Source: Patescibacteria group bacterium (GTDB taxonomy: Bacteria; Patescibacteriota; Patescibacteriia; 2-01-FULL-39-33). From it: a stretch of DNA of 32,000 nucleotides. Position numbers and translations under genes: made by a program. The notes below the pieces were generated by a model. The model was not told the origin of the DNA. It saw nothing but the letters and a program-made list of their open reading frames with translations, and did no database searches. The stretch's first letter is position 1. Every line of letters starts with the position of its first letter. Shown here piece after piece: positions 10,175 through 18,487 of the stretch. The DNA lies in contig JBAZMW010000003.1 of assembly GCA_041649575.1 (NCBI GenBank), positions 159,559 to 191,558 on the forward strand, given 5' to 3'.

Positions 10175-10259
10175 GAGTAGTTCGGTAAGTAACCGAAAGC
10201 ACATCACAAAGGCAGCCCTGGTAATGACACCGGGGTTCGCAAGAGAAAAGGAGAAGACG

Positions 10260-11240
10260 ATGGGTACGGACACAGGAATAGAGGACGATGTGGTGATTAT
10301 TGGTGAGGACACCGGCATCGCTGACACCGGCATCGCTGACACAAAGACGAGTCGGCCGAAGCGTAAAGTCGGAATCTGGCGGATCGTGCTGGGCCTGATC
10401 GGCCTGGCGCTCATCGCCTTCGCGGCATTGACCGCGTACGGCCTGATCGTCAAGACCGACGCGATTGACCGGCGTGTCGTCGTGCTGGAAAATCGCGTCG
10501 ACGGTTTCGACGAACGCATCAAGGCCGGTGACGAGGCGGTCGAGGACATCTCCAAAGCCACCGACGATCTGTGGAGGCGAATGGCGAATGTCGAGAAACG
10601 CTTCGACAAGGATGGAGAATTCGCGAAGACCGTGGCCGCGGTTGCCAAGACCGCCGAAGACGTGACGGCGCTGCAAGCCGCGGTCGATGAAATCCCCGAT
10701 GCCATGGCCGAGGCCACAGCTGGAATCGAAGGCCGGGTCAAAGCCCTCGAAGACGGCGCCGCGCAGGCACAGGAGAGGGCCAGCCGCGAGCTCCTGATGC
10801 TCAAGGTTGCCGAGATCCGCCGCGCGAATCCGGCGAGCGATGTCAGCGCCATGAGCGACGCGGACATTGGCAAGACGCTGGCTGGCAAGGGCGGCAACGA
10901 TTTTCGCAAGAAGATTGAGGCCGCATACGTCAGCCTCGGAGCCAAGCCTGTCGTCACGGCACCAGCTCCGGCTCCAGCACCGGCACCAGCGCCAGCGGTA
11001 AATCTGGCTGAGGTAGAACGCCGGCTGGACGCGGCCGAGAAAGAAGTAAAACTTGTCGGGCAAGCCGCCAAAACCTTGGCGACGAATCCTGACAAGCCGA
11101 AGCACCTGGTGCGTGGCGCCAAGGCGAGGGCGCTCAAGCTGTTGGTGGATGTCCCCGACGACTTGCCACCCGCCTCCGCAAGACCGGCATCCCCGAAGAA
11201 GGACAACGTCATCCGGCCGGAGTTCGGGGACCGGCCGTAA
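10260..11240 (+). CDS. Hypothetical single-pass membrane protein with coiled coil and Ala/Pro linker
   Basis: The tracked ORF starts at 10113, but the promoter lies inside that 5' part. ATG at 10260 is in frame, preceded by AAGGAG. TM helix IWRIVLGLIGLALIAFAALTAYGLIV, coiled coil, APAPAPAPAPAP linker. Confidence 0.75.
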   Translation: MGTDTGIEDDVVIIGEDTGIADTGIADTKTSRPKRKVGIWRIVLGLIGLALIAFAALTAYGLIVKTDAIDRRVVVLENRVDGFDERIKAGDEAVEDISKATDDLWRRMANVEKRFDKDGEFAKTVAAVAKTAEDVTALQAAVDEIPDAMAEATAGIEGRVKALEDGAAQAQERASRELLMLKVAEIRRANPASDVSAMSDADIGKTLAGKGGNDFRKKIEAAYVSLGAKPVVTAPAPAPAPAPAPAVNLAEVERRLDAAEKEVKLVGQAAKTLATNPDKPKHLVRGAKARALKLLVDVPDDLPPASARPASPKKDNVIRPEFGDRP

Positions 11241-11399
11241 CACGTACCTTTGATCGCGCACCTCGTGCGTTAGCCCCCCCAGACTCTGGCAGTTTCATAG
11301 AGTCTGGGGGGTGAATTATTTTAGAGAGATTTTGCTTTTATATATTGACTAAACAAGACAAAACTGATAAAATTATTTTTGATATTTATGGATTACTGC

Positions 11400-11463
11400 C
11401 CCCGCCAGAATGACTCTGTCGGGCTGGCGCCCGACTGAACGGCGTTCAGCCGTTCGGGCGGGG
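11400..11463. repeat. Branched inverted-repeat element (copy A)
   Basis: Outer stem CCCCGCC (11400-11406)/GGCGGGG (11457-11463). Inner hairpins GTCGGGC-tggc-GCCCGAC and GAACGGC-gttca-GCCGTTC. Confidence 0.7.
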
Positions 11464-11473
11464 CTCAGTCTTG

Positions 11474-11524
11474 CCCCGTAGAATACTGCTAAAGCAGTAG
11501 CGCCAGAGGCGCTATTCTACGGGG
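11474..11524. repeat. Compact perfect three-way-junction element (copy B)
   Basis: Outer CCCCGTAGAAT/ATTCTACGGGG, inner ACTGC-taaa-GCAGT and AGCGCC-aga-GGCGCT, no unpaired junction nucleotides. Confidence 0.8.
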
Positions 11525-11528
11525 TGAA

Positions 11529-11562
11529 GTTAGAGCGCTCCCCCTGTCACGGAAGAGGGTCG
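11529..11562 (+). pseudogene. Partial tRNA-Asp-like copy (D stem to variable region)
   Basis: gttagagcgctccccctgtcacggaagagggtcg compared with tRNA gttagagcgctcccctgtcacgggagaggtcg. Confidence 0.6.
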
Positions 11563-11704
11563 CCGTAGGCGACGGGCAGAAGCGAGCCATGAGCAAAGCG
11601 AATGAAACGAGCGTAGATGAATGCGACCATGGGAGCATTCGGCTCTGCCAGGAAACATCGGGTGCAACCCGCGACCGTCAAACTTTTTACAAGTTAATAT
11701 TTAT

Positions 11705-11778
11705 GGATTGGTAGCTCAGTTGGTTAGAGCGCTCCCCTGTCACGGGAGAGGTCGCGGGTTCGAGTCCCGTCCAGTCCG
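11705..11778 (+). tRNA. tRNA-Asp (anticodon GTC)
   Basis: Acceptor GGATTGG/CCAGTCC, D arm GCTCAGTTGGTTAGAGC, anticodon arm GCTCCCCTGTCACGGGAG, T arm CGGGTTCGAGTCCCG. CCA is not encoded. Confidence 0.95.
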
Positions 11779-11783
11779 CTGGA

Positions 11784-11820
11784 TAAAACAAAAATCACCC
11801 TTGCGGTGATTTTTGTTTTA
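11784..11820 (+). terminator. Inverted repeat / terminator after tRNA-Asp
   Basis: TAAAACAAAAATCACC-cttgc-GGTGATTTTTGTTTTA. Confidence 0.8.
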
Positions 11821-11847
11821 CTACACGAAGTGGAGAGGGGCTCGAAC

Positions 11848-11926
11848 GGGTTGGCAGCGAGGCAAATCCGAAGGATGCAGCCGAGCGTCAAAAATTGCGA
11901 GCTGGCGCAGCAATTTTTGCCAACCC
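11848..11926. repeat. Branched inverted-repeat element next to a 3' partial tRNA copy
   Basis: Outer GGGTTGGCA/TGCCAACCC with inner ATCC-gaa-GGAT and AAAAATTGC...GCAATTTTT. Confidence 0.55.
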
Positions 11927-11956
11927 AGGACAGAGTGAGCAAAGCGAACGCCGAGA

Positions 11957-11973
11957 AGTCCCGTCCAGTCCGC
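11957..11973 (+). pseudogene. 3'-terminal tRNA-Asp fragment
   Basis: AGTCCCGTCCAGTCCGC is identical to the 3' end of the intact tRNA-Asp. Confidence 0.6.
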
Positions 11974-11983
11974 ATTTTTCTAG

Positions 11984-12007
11984 TCAGCCCCAAGTGGGCT
12001 GATTTTT
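11984..12007 (+). terminator. Intrinsic terminator
   Basis: TCAGCCC-caagt-GGGCTGA-TTTTT. Confidence 0.75.
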
Positions 12008-12082
12008 GAGAATAAAAAAGAGCGGCGATCCACACGACGGTGAATCTCCCGCTCTACAATGTCCTGATAGCCTTTCAGCGGT

Positions 12083-12811
12083 TTATCCTCTGCCACCGCC
12101 GACCAGTGCGCGTAACGCGTTGAACATGCCATCAGCCACTTGTGTCCTTCGCGTATCCATGGACTCAAGCATGGCATCGATCCTGTCGAAGCCGTCTCGA
12201 CCGTACTCAAGAAGTGTTGGGCCATAGAATAGCCGCGTGAACAGTTCATTACCGACAAAACTCCATTCGGTGTAAGGCGTCTCTGAGTAACCGTCAGAGT
12301 TGTCGTGGATGTCGAAAACCCTGTTGGTGTGCGTACCGGCGATGAGAATATCGCCACCCTCGACTTGTCCGGTTACAGTCACCAACGCCTGTTGAAGCCT
12401 CTCCATAAAATACTCCTGGTACCACTCCCTGACTTTCGTCAGGACAATGTTTCTCGATTCCTCCGGAAGATTGGTGACAATGTGCCCGGTCTGCCTCGGA
12501 CTGAGCCTGACCATCGAGTTGCTGCTCAACTTGTCCAAGAACACGCCCAGACCGATGTTCAACCAGAGGCCATCCGTGAGGTTGAGAATGGGAGAGTTGA
12601 TGATAAAGATGTGTGTCCTAGCTTGATCTGGGTCCTGGGCAATTCGACGAATGACCTCCAGTCCGTCTTGTTGGTTGAGACAAAGGTGGGGACGAAAACA
12701 GCTTTCTTTCGCTTGCACTAGGGCAGCAATTCCCCTGTTAAGATCCTGGTGCAACTGTGACCGGTCGTCAAAGTCAACCAGTAGGGTGTGGCTTTTCTTC
12801 TGATCCGACAT
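12083..12811 (-). CDS. Hypothetical protein (GC-rich orphan gene)
   Basis: The tracked ORF starts at 12835. The MSDQKKSHTLLVDFDD start at 12811 has GAGGAG just upstream. Confidence 0.7.
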   Translation of the reverse strand: MSDQKKSHTLLVDFDDRSQLHQDLNRGIAALVQAKESCFRPHLCLNQQDGLEVIRRIAQDPDQARTHIFIINSPILNLTDGLWLNIGLGVFLDKLSSNSMVRLSPRQTGHIVTNLPEESRNIVLTKVREWYQEYFMERLQQALVTVTGQVEGGDILIAGTHTNRVFDIHDNSDGYSETPYTEWSFVGNELFTRLFYGPTLLEYGRDGFDRIDAMLESMDTRRTQVADGMFNALRALVGGGRG

Positions 12812-12913
12812 ATTCTTCTCCTCGATGTTGACCAAAGAATGTACGATTGTTAAAAAGGTATACTAAATTAAGTATTTTGTCAAATACTAAAACATAATAA
12901 CTCATTATTACTA

Positions 12914-12942
12914 TTGACAAGCCTAATATCTTGTGCTAAACT
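12914..12942 (+). promoter_or_regulatory. Promoter with TG-extended -10
   Basis: TTGACA, 17-bp spacer ending TGTGC, TAAACT; same architecture as at 10146. Confidence 0.65.
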
Positions 12943-13021
12943 TACCAGTTATCGATTTTGAGTCAGTACTTTGTGTAGAGCACGACAAACCGGTTCCGTG
13001 ACATGAACAGGAGGACGACCA

Positions 13022-13399
13022 GTGAAAAACCACAATAGTTATGCCACTTACCAACCGAGCGACCAGCGGCTTCGCGAAGCCGACCACTGGGAGGTCTGGG
13101 ATAAGCTACCGCCCGAGCTCAAGTTTGAGGCAGTGGCGGCTCGCGACCCCTCTCTGACCGCTCTGTGTGCCCGAGACAAGGGCGTGTACGTCTGGGTATT
13201 CCCGCACGCTGTACCTTCGGTCCAAAGTGGCATTGGACCATTCATGGCTCTAGGGTCGCGACGCGGCAAGGATCGCATGGACTTCATCGTGACAACTCCT
13301 TCGGCGGATGACCCCATCGCGTTCGCCAAAGCCGAGAATGCGAGAAAGCTGAGGGAGCTGTCAAAGGGCGCCAAGGGTCCGAAGAACCATCAGAAATGA
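13022..13399 (+). CDS. Hypothetical protein (125 aa, GC-rich orphan gene)
   Basis: GTG start preceded by AGGAGG, downstream of the promoter at 12914. Confidence 0.7.
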   Translation: MKNHNSYATYQPSDQRLREADHWEVWDKLPPELKFEAVAARDPSLTALCARDKGVYVWVFPHAVPSVQSGIGPFMALGSRRGKDRMDFIVTTPSADDPIAFAKAENARKLRELSKGAKGPKNHQK

Positions 13400-13559
13400 G
13401 ATGGGCGGTCGTCAAAGCCGCTACCGTCTCAACAACGCCGCATCAGCTACCTGGTGCGGCCGTTTTAAATAATAATTTTGTTATACAGATACCAAAAGAG
13501 TTAATTTCCATCCACTCCAGAGTCCTCCGCCTAAGCTAAAGTTTTGGCGGACAAGTAAA

Positions 13560-13624
13560 ACCTGCCTTGACTCGCGTCAGGCCTGGCGTCGCCGAAGGCT
13601 ATGCCAAAGGCGCGTGAGGCAGGT
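13560..13624. repeat. Branched GC-rich inverted-repeat element
   Basis: Outer ACCTGCCT/AGGCAGGT enclosing TGAC-tcgc-GTCA and a gcgtcgccgaaggc unit. Confidence 0.55.
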
Positions 13625-13746
13625 CGTCCCGCAAGTCTCGGCAAAATAAACTCAGGACTCAATCACTTCCAAATCAATAAAATTTGCAAAAAGCGCTTTA
13701 TATTTGATATAATAAAAACACGACTTAAAAAATAATTTATCTAACT

Positions 13747-13950
13747 ATGCAAAAAATAGCTACAAGCATCTTTATCTTCGCGTCAATTGTTTTCGGCGTT
13801 ATAGGAATTTTAGTAGTTTTAACAATGCCAGGACCCGGCAGAACGAATTCGGATCTGAATGAATTATTTATTAGGCTTCTGTTCGCGACTGCCTTTATTA
13901 TACTGCCTTCATTTGCATTAAGCATCGCCGGTAAGTATCTAAAAAAATAG
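13747..13950 (+). CDS. Small two-TM membrane protein
   Basis: 67 aa: MQKIATSIFIFASIVFGVIGILVVLTMPGPG...LFATAFIILPSFALSIAGKYLKK. Confidence 0.6.
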   Translation: MQKIATSIFIFASIVFGVIGILVVLTMPGPGRTNSDLNELFIRLLFATAFIILPSFALSIAGKYLKK

Positions 13951-14077
13951 ATTCCGATTTTAAACTTCCTTAGTCCAGTCTTTATATCAGATGTTCTTCT
14001 TTTTTTAATTCCATTGGAATATCAACAATACCCCCGTGCTCTTAAAAAATTTACAATCTCAAAATTAATAAAAAAAT

Positions 14078-14098
14078 CCCCATCAATGGGGGTATTTT
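14078..14098 (+). terminator. Intrinsic terminator
   Basis: CCCCAT-ca-ATGGGG followed by GTATTTTTA. Confidence 0.65.
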
Positions 14099-14187
14099 TA
14101 TTTTCTGTCTTCTCTGGCGCCTATAATTACTGCCGCTATTACCAAAATTGTTAAAACCATAACTCCAAACAACATCATACCAAAATT

Positions 14188-14559
14188 TTACTTAATCTGT
14201 TTTTTCTTTTTAAACCAGCCGACGAGAAACAAGATGCCGATCAAAAACGCGACGCCGGAAAATTGTGCCGCCCATAATAATAAATACCACTCGAATTGAT
14301 TTCTCGCTAGCGCGGCCAGATACAACGCGCCAGCTAAAATAAAAATAGTTCCCCCAACAATTTCATATTTCCAAGAGATTATCAGAATAACCAGCAGCAC
14401 CAAGGCGGGAATATTGTGCATGAACAAACCGACAACCGTTCCCCAGAAACCCAGCTTCATATCGAAAATGTCCAGCGAAAACAACATCAAAAACAAAATA
14501 AACAAAATCGACAATATCCTTGGAATCCAATATATAAATCTATTAACATTATTCCTCAT
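14188..14559 (-). CDS. Integral membrane protein of unknown function
   Basis: 123 aa with about four hydrophobic helices and a KKKK tail. Confidence 0.7.
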   Translation of the reverse strand: MRNNVNRFIYWIPRILSILFILFLMLFSLDIFDMKLGFWGTVVGLFMHNIPALVLLVILIISWKYEIVGGTIFILAGALYLAALARNQFEWYLLLWAAQFSGVAFLIGILFLVGWFKKKKQIK

Positions 14560-14861
14560 ATTTATTGTTTTATTTATATAATCAGTCTTTGAGTTTATTA
14601 TACCACTTCCTGCCCGTCTCGCCCAATCCGGAATTTTAAAACCCGCCCCGACTCAACGAGGCTGGTGCGAGGCAGGTTGTCCCGCGGTCAGAACAGCTGC
14701 CGGTCGGCGCCAAGGCGGCTGCTTTAAAAATTTTAATTTTTTGCAAGCTGCACCAATGAATGTTAAAAATATTTCTTAAAAATAAATCAACCTTAAAATT
14801 TCTGGTAAATGAAAAAGGCCACCGCGACGTGCGATGGGCCTGTAGTCACTTCGCCACCTGT

Positions 14862-15641
14862 TTAGGCGGCTTCGTAAAGGTTCTGGTTGTAGTACTCCAA
14901 CCGCAGACGGCCACGGCTGCCCTCGCCCGGTACGCCGACATACTTGGTGACGCCGCAGTTGCGAGGCTTTTGTTCTTCGTCCAGTACGATGAACTCCTCG
15001 GCCGAGAGACGTTCGTAGTTGGCGCGCAGAGCCAGAATGTTCAAGTGATGGGTGACGGCCAAAACCCTCTTGCCGGAAAATTCCCGGACCAGGGTGTTGG
15101 CCCAATCGCGGTTACGCTGGCGCACATCAGGAACATTCTCACCCTGAGGGTAGCGATACCAGTAGCGACCCTCCAATTGATACAACGCGCGCTGTTCCGG
15201 ATGAAGAGCAAAAAACACTCTCAAATCGTTGTAGACGTTGACCAGGCCGTGTTCCTGTTCCCGAATCCTTTCCTCTTCGTAGTACTTCACTCCTGCCAAC
15301 TCCGGCCAACCGGCAATTAGCCCCCGCCAGGTCGCCTGCGTGCGAGCGTAGGGAGAAACGAAGACTACATCAGGCAGGTCTTCTATCTTACTAAGCGCCA
15401 GCCCCGTCTTCGTTGCCCGCGTGGCTTCGGCATCAGCTAGAGGTGCATTGGCATCGCTTACACCGAGACGATACTTCTGCCACACCGCTATAGCCAATGC
15501 CCTACACCTATCAGTTTCTGGGTTTTCGTCATACTTTCTGACGAACTGCCGATAAAGATCGTCCGCCTCCTTCATCCACTTGAGCTGGTTGTAGGCAGAA
15601 ACATCGTGCCTTATGGCAATGATACAGGCTGGCCATTTCAT
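14862..15641 (-). CDS. Histidine phosphatase (phosphoglycerate mutase-like) superfamily protein
   Basis: Start MKWPACIIAIRHDVSAYN (GGAGG upstream of ATG 15641). Also VVFVSPYARTQATW and VLAVTHHLNILAL. Confidence 0.75.
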   Translation of the reverse strand: MKWPACIIAIRHDVSAYNQLKWMKEADDLYRQFVRKYDENPETDRCRALAIAVWQKYRLGVSDANAPLADAEATRATKTGLALSKIEDLPDVVFVSPYARTQATWRGLIAGWPELAGVKYYEEERIREQEHGLVNVYNDLRVFFALHPEQRALYQLEGRYWYRYPQGENVPDVRQRNRDWANTLVREFSGKRVLAVTHHLNILALRANYERLSAEEFIVLDEEQKPRNCGVTKYVGVPGEGSRGRLRLEYYNQNLYEAA

Positions 15642-15821
15642 GGGCGTCAAGCCTCCTTCAAAAGTCACTCTCGCTGCTCTGGCAATCTGTCGTTACCGCC
15701 AGAAACCCAGAAATCCCTCTCGTCTATAAACCACATAAAGAACGGTTCCAGTTCATCGATCGCGTCGCTCCAAACGTCCTAATATTAAACGTTCAATCTC
15801 CCTTGTGTTGGAGAATAAATT

Positions 15822-15850
15822 ATTTTATTATATAAATTCCTTTTTGTCAA
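15822..15850 (-). promoter_or_regulatory. Promoter for the histidine phosphatase gene
   Basis: Minus strand TTGACA, 17-bp spacer, TAAAAT. Confidence 0.6.
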
Positions 15851-15865
15851 CTGTCAAATTTTCTA

Positions 15866-15893
15866 AAACCCTCCCGATTAATCGGGAGGGTTT
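15866..15893. terminator. Perfect palindromic bidirectional terminator
   Basis: AAACCCTCCCGATTAATCGGGAGGGTTT. Confidence 0.75.
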
Positions 15894-15917
15894 CAATTTT
15901 CAAACTCCGAGTTGCTT

Positions 15918-16433
15918 TTATTTTATTCCCAAAATTTCAAAAATCATTTTCAGAATAACATAGGAGAGAAAAATAATCACCAGGCCGGCAATCGCCCAGA
16001 TCATGGTGTTTTTGCCTTTAGTCACCCGGCCGGAATCGCCGCCGGAAACCATCCAGAGCAAGCCGCCGTAAATGAAAGCGATCAAAGCCAAGACTCCGGT
16101 GAACCCCAAGGCGGCGGTGATAATGTTTTTGGTGATGACTTGCACCGCCTCAATGCCTTTTTTGCCGCCGGTAATGCCCTCCAGGGGATCTTTCAGACTC
16201 TGGGCCGAACCAGCGCTGCCGCCAGAAACACCTGTACCTTCTGGAGCGGAAACACCTGTACCTTCGGCGACACATTCCCCAACCTCAGAAAAAGGGTCGG
16301 CAAAACTACAGATTTGACCAGGGCCGCAATCGGCTTTAGTAGTACAAGCTAAAACGATATTAGTGAGAGATAAAAATAAAAAAACAGAAAAACCAAAGAA
16401 TGTTAATATCAACCAACCGCTTTTTCTTTTCAT
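15918..16433 (-). CDS. TrbC/VirB2-like pilin-type secreted membrane protein
   Basis: Signal peptide, Cys cluster (CTTKADCGPGQICSF...C), then two TM helices (ITAALGFTGVLALIAFIYGGLLWMVSGG ... MIWAIAGLVIIFLSYVILKMIFEILG), as in patescibacterial VirB2-like proteins. Confidence 0.7.
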   Translation of the reverse strand: MKRKSGWLILTFFGFSVFLFLSLTNIVLACTTKADCGPGQICSFADPFSEVGECVAEGTGVSAPEGTGVSGGSAGSAQSLKDPLEGITGGKKGIEAVQVITKNIITAALGFTGVLALIAFIYGGLLWMVSGGDSGRVTKGKNTMIWAIAGLVIIFLSYVILKMIFEILGIK

Positions 16434-16594
16434 AATATGTTATTAAATGGTATATATTAATTCAATTATAGCTAATGGCAAAAATAAAGTAAATAACAAT
16501 TTTAACAAAAAGAAAAACGGCCCGAGTTGCGCGATGCAACCCTGGCCGTTGTAGAACCGGTTGGAATTGGAATAGGTGGGTGATACAAGGCCGA

Positions 16595-17182
16595 CTATGA
16601 GAAGCGTATTCTCCTGATATGGACCTCTCCAATGGAGAGGCCGTGGAGAACCAGCTGACCCTCACCGTCGATCTTGATCACCTCGTCGCTGGCGATCGTC
16701 TGATAACCGCCCGCCTTCTGCTTGATCTTGAAAGGAGCGGTTACGCGACTAAACTCCACGACGTCACCCGGGAAGATGGCCAGGCCGGAGCTGATCGGCT
16801 TACCAGGGCAGAACTTGATGTCCCTTTCCTCCACCGATCTGATCGTCTTGGCCTTGGGCAACGAGGGCAAGCGAATGGCGCTGACTTTCGCCGCCACCTT
16901 CGCCTTGGCGTCGACCAGGTACGCGGGACGATAGATCGTCACCAGGACCAAGGCCAGGCCTAGTCCAGCAGTGACGTAGAAAGCCTTTTTCTTGCCCATG
17001 GCCTCCCAGACGATCCCGCCGATACCCAGAAAAATCATCAGGGCAATAGTCGCCTGAATCGGAATCCTCGCATGCTGGTCGTCTTCCTGTGACCAGAAGA
17101 AGACGCCCAGGATAATCCCGATAACTACGGCGAAGGCAATCACCTTGCCAACCTTCTTAAGAAAACCCCAGGCTTCCTTCAT
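16595..17182 (-). CDS. Hypothetical membrane protein
   Basis: The tracked ORF starts at 17272. The start MKEAWGFLKKVGKVIAF at 17182 is preceded by AGGAGG. Three hydrophobic segments. Confidence 0.7.
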   Translation of the reverse strand: MKEAWGFLKKVGKVIAFAVVIGIILGVFFWSQEDDQHARIPIQATIALMIFLGIGGIVWEAMGKKKAFYVTAGLGLALVLVTIYRPAYLVDAKAKVAAKVSAIRLPSLPKAKTIRSVEERDIKFCPGKPISSGLAIFPGDVVEFSRVTAPFKIKQKAGGYQTIASDEVIKIDGEGQLVLHGLSIGEVHIRRIRFS

Positions 17183-17751
17183 GGCAGCATCCTCCTTCCT
17201 AGTAGCTTCCGCAAGATTTCGACTATGCCTTGGCCAGCCAGTTCGGACTTCAGATCCTTCCAGAATGTCCAACTCCCGGCACCCGTGGCACTTCCGGCAC
17301 CACCAGCACTTCCGCTGACCGTACCACGTTTGGTAGCACCGGCCAGGGTATTGTGTATAGCGTCAGCCAGCTCTTCGCGAAAGCTGAGTATCAGATACAC
17401 AATGGCTACTGGCCAAGTGAAGAAGGCCGCCTTCCACCACCACCATGACGGACAGTTATTGGCCGGTGACGGTGGCGTCTCATAGCCAAACACTTTGTCG
17501 AGCTGATGGAATATGTCTCGGCTGGCCGAGAAGAATAGCCCTTCGCCAAAGCCAACGAAGAATGCTTCCGCCGTGAAGACGATGGCGACGATAACCAGTC
17601 CGCAGGCACGGTAGTTATTGTTATACACCAGCCGCGCCGCCAGGTAGCCACAGTCGTAACTGATTCTCTCTGTCGTCATGCATGCCAGAAAGAGAAACAG
17701 CCCGACCGCTCCCGCCAAGAAGGCGAGATTGAGTATTATCCAGTTGATCAT
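17179..17751 (-). CDS. Hypothetical membrane protein
   Basis: 190 aa with three TM-like segments. Its stop overlaps the start of the downstream gene (17179-17182). Confidence 0.7.
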   Translation of the reverse strand: MINWIILNLAFLAGAVGLFLFLACMTTERISYDCGYLAARLVYNNNYRACGLVIVAIVFTAEAFFVGFGEGLFFSASRDIFHQLDKVFGYETPPSPANNCPSWWWWKAAFFTWPVAIVYLILSFREELADAIHNTLAGATKRGTVSGSAGGAGSATGAGSWTFWKDLKSELAGQGIVEILRKLLGRRMLP

Positions 17752-18251
17752 GACCGCGTCTCCTTTCTGTTCTTCTCTGCCTTGGGCCGTATTACCCCAC
17801 GACGAACCAGTTCGTATTCGCGAACTTCCCTAAATGCGCCCCAAAAACCACCCATGTAGGACTTCTTGAATCTCGGTCCCAATATCGTGACGGTCTTGGT
17901 GTTCGCCTGGCTGCCCTTGTCCCTGAAGGTGAACATTTCACGTTTACCTCTGACTTGGTGCTCGTGGTGCCCACTTCCCTTTTCATCGGTAATGATGATC
18001 TTCTTCTTCCCGTCGTGGAGCATCACGATTTCGGTGCGTGGAATGGGTCGACCATCCTCGGTGAACTGAACGACGAATGCGGTTTGGCCGTCATCGTCCG
18101 TGTCAAAGGTCACCTCAATATCGTACTCCGCAGCCGCCGGCTTCTTCTCTTCTTTCTTGGAATCGCCTCTCGACTGGCCGCACTTCACGCACCTACCGGC
18201 CTTGAAGAAATTCACATTTCCACAGCCGCACGTCCAACTCTCGTTTGCCAT
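17748..18251 (-). CDS. Hypothetical protein with N-terminal RanBP2-type-like zinc ribbon
   Basis: MANESWTCGCGNVNFFKAGRCVKCGQSRGD (CxC..CxxC). ATG 18251 is preceded by GGAG. Its stop overlaps the next gene by 4 nt. Confidence 0.7.
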   Translation of the reverse strand: MANESWTCGCGNVNFFKAGRCVKCGQSRGDSKKEEKKPAAAEYDIEVTFDTDDDGQTAFVVQFTEDGRPIPRTEIVMLHDGKKKIIITDEKGSGHHEHQVRGKREMFTFRDKGSQANTKTVTILGPRFKKSYMGGFWGAFREVREYELVRRGVIRPKAEKNRKETRS

Positions 18252-18385
18252 GGCCTTACTCTCCTTTCCTAATCCAACCGTTCTGTTAAAGAACTGGGCT
18301 GGAAACCGTTTTCCCTTGTTATACCCCTCTTCGCCTTGAAAAGGAGTCATTTCAGGGGAAAGCCGTTCCTCCAGCCTAACATATA

Positions 18386-18414
18386 ATTATAGCATACTAT
18401 CAATATTTTGTCAA
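18386..18414 (-). promoter_or_regulatory. Promoter with TGC-extended -10
   Basis: Minus strand TTGACA, 17-bp spacer ending GTATGC, TATAAT; near-identical layout to 10146-10174. Confidence 0.85.
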
Positions 18415-18487
18415 TAGTAAATTAAATAAATAAAAATAGCTAAATTTAGCTAAAAACTTAAAACGCAAAGGTTAAAAAAATATAGAG

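Noticed and set aside
10154-11261. Long minus-strand ORFs (352 and 367 aa) opposite the 10260..11240 gene
   Set aside because: The plus strand has a near-consensus promoter, SD, TM helix and coiled coil. The antisense products are Ser/Ala- or Arg-rich, as expected of shadow frames.
11621-12009. ORFs 11621..11809, 11724..12035 and 11806..12009
   Set aside because: They overlap tRNA-Asp and structured repeats. Peptides such as LSWVGKNC and ..GTRTRDLSRDRG are typical of translated tRNA/repeat sequence.
14760-15320. Plus-strand 186-aa ORF and minus-strand 14776..15105
   Set aside because: Overlap the histidine phosphatase gene, which has recognisable motifs and an SD.
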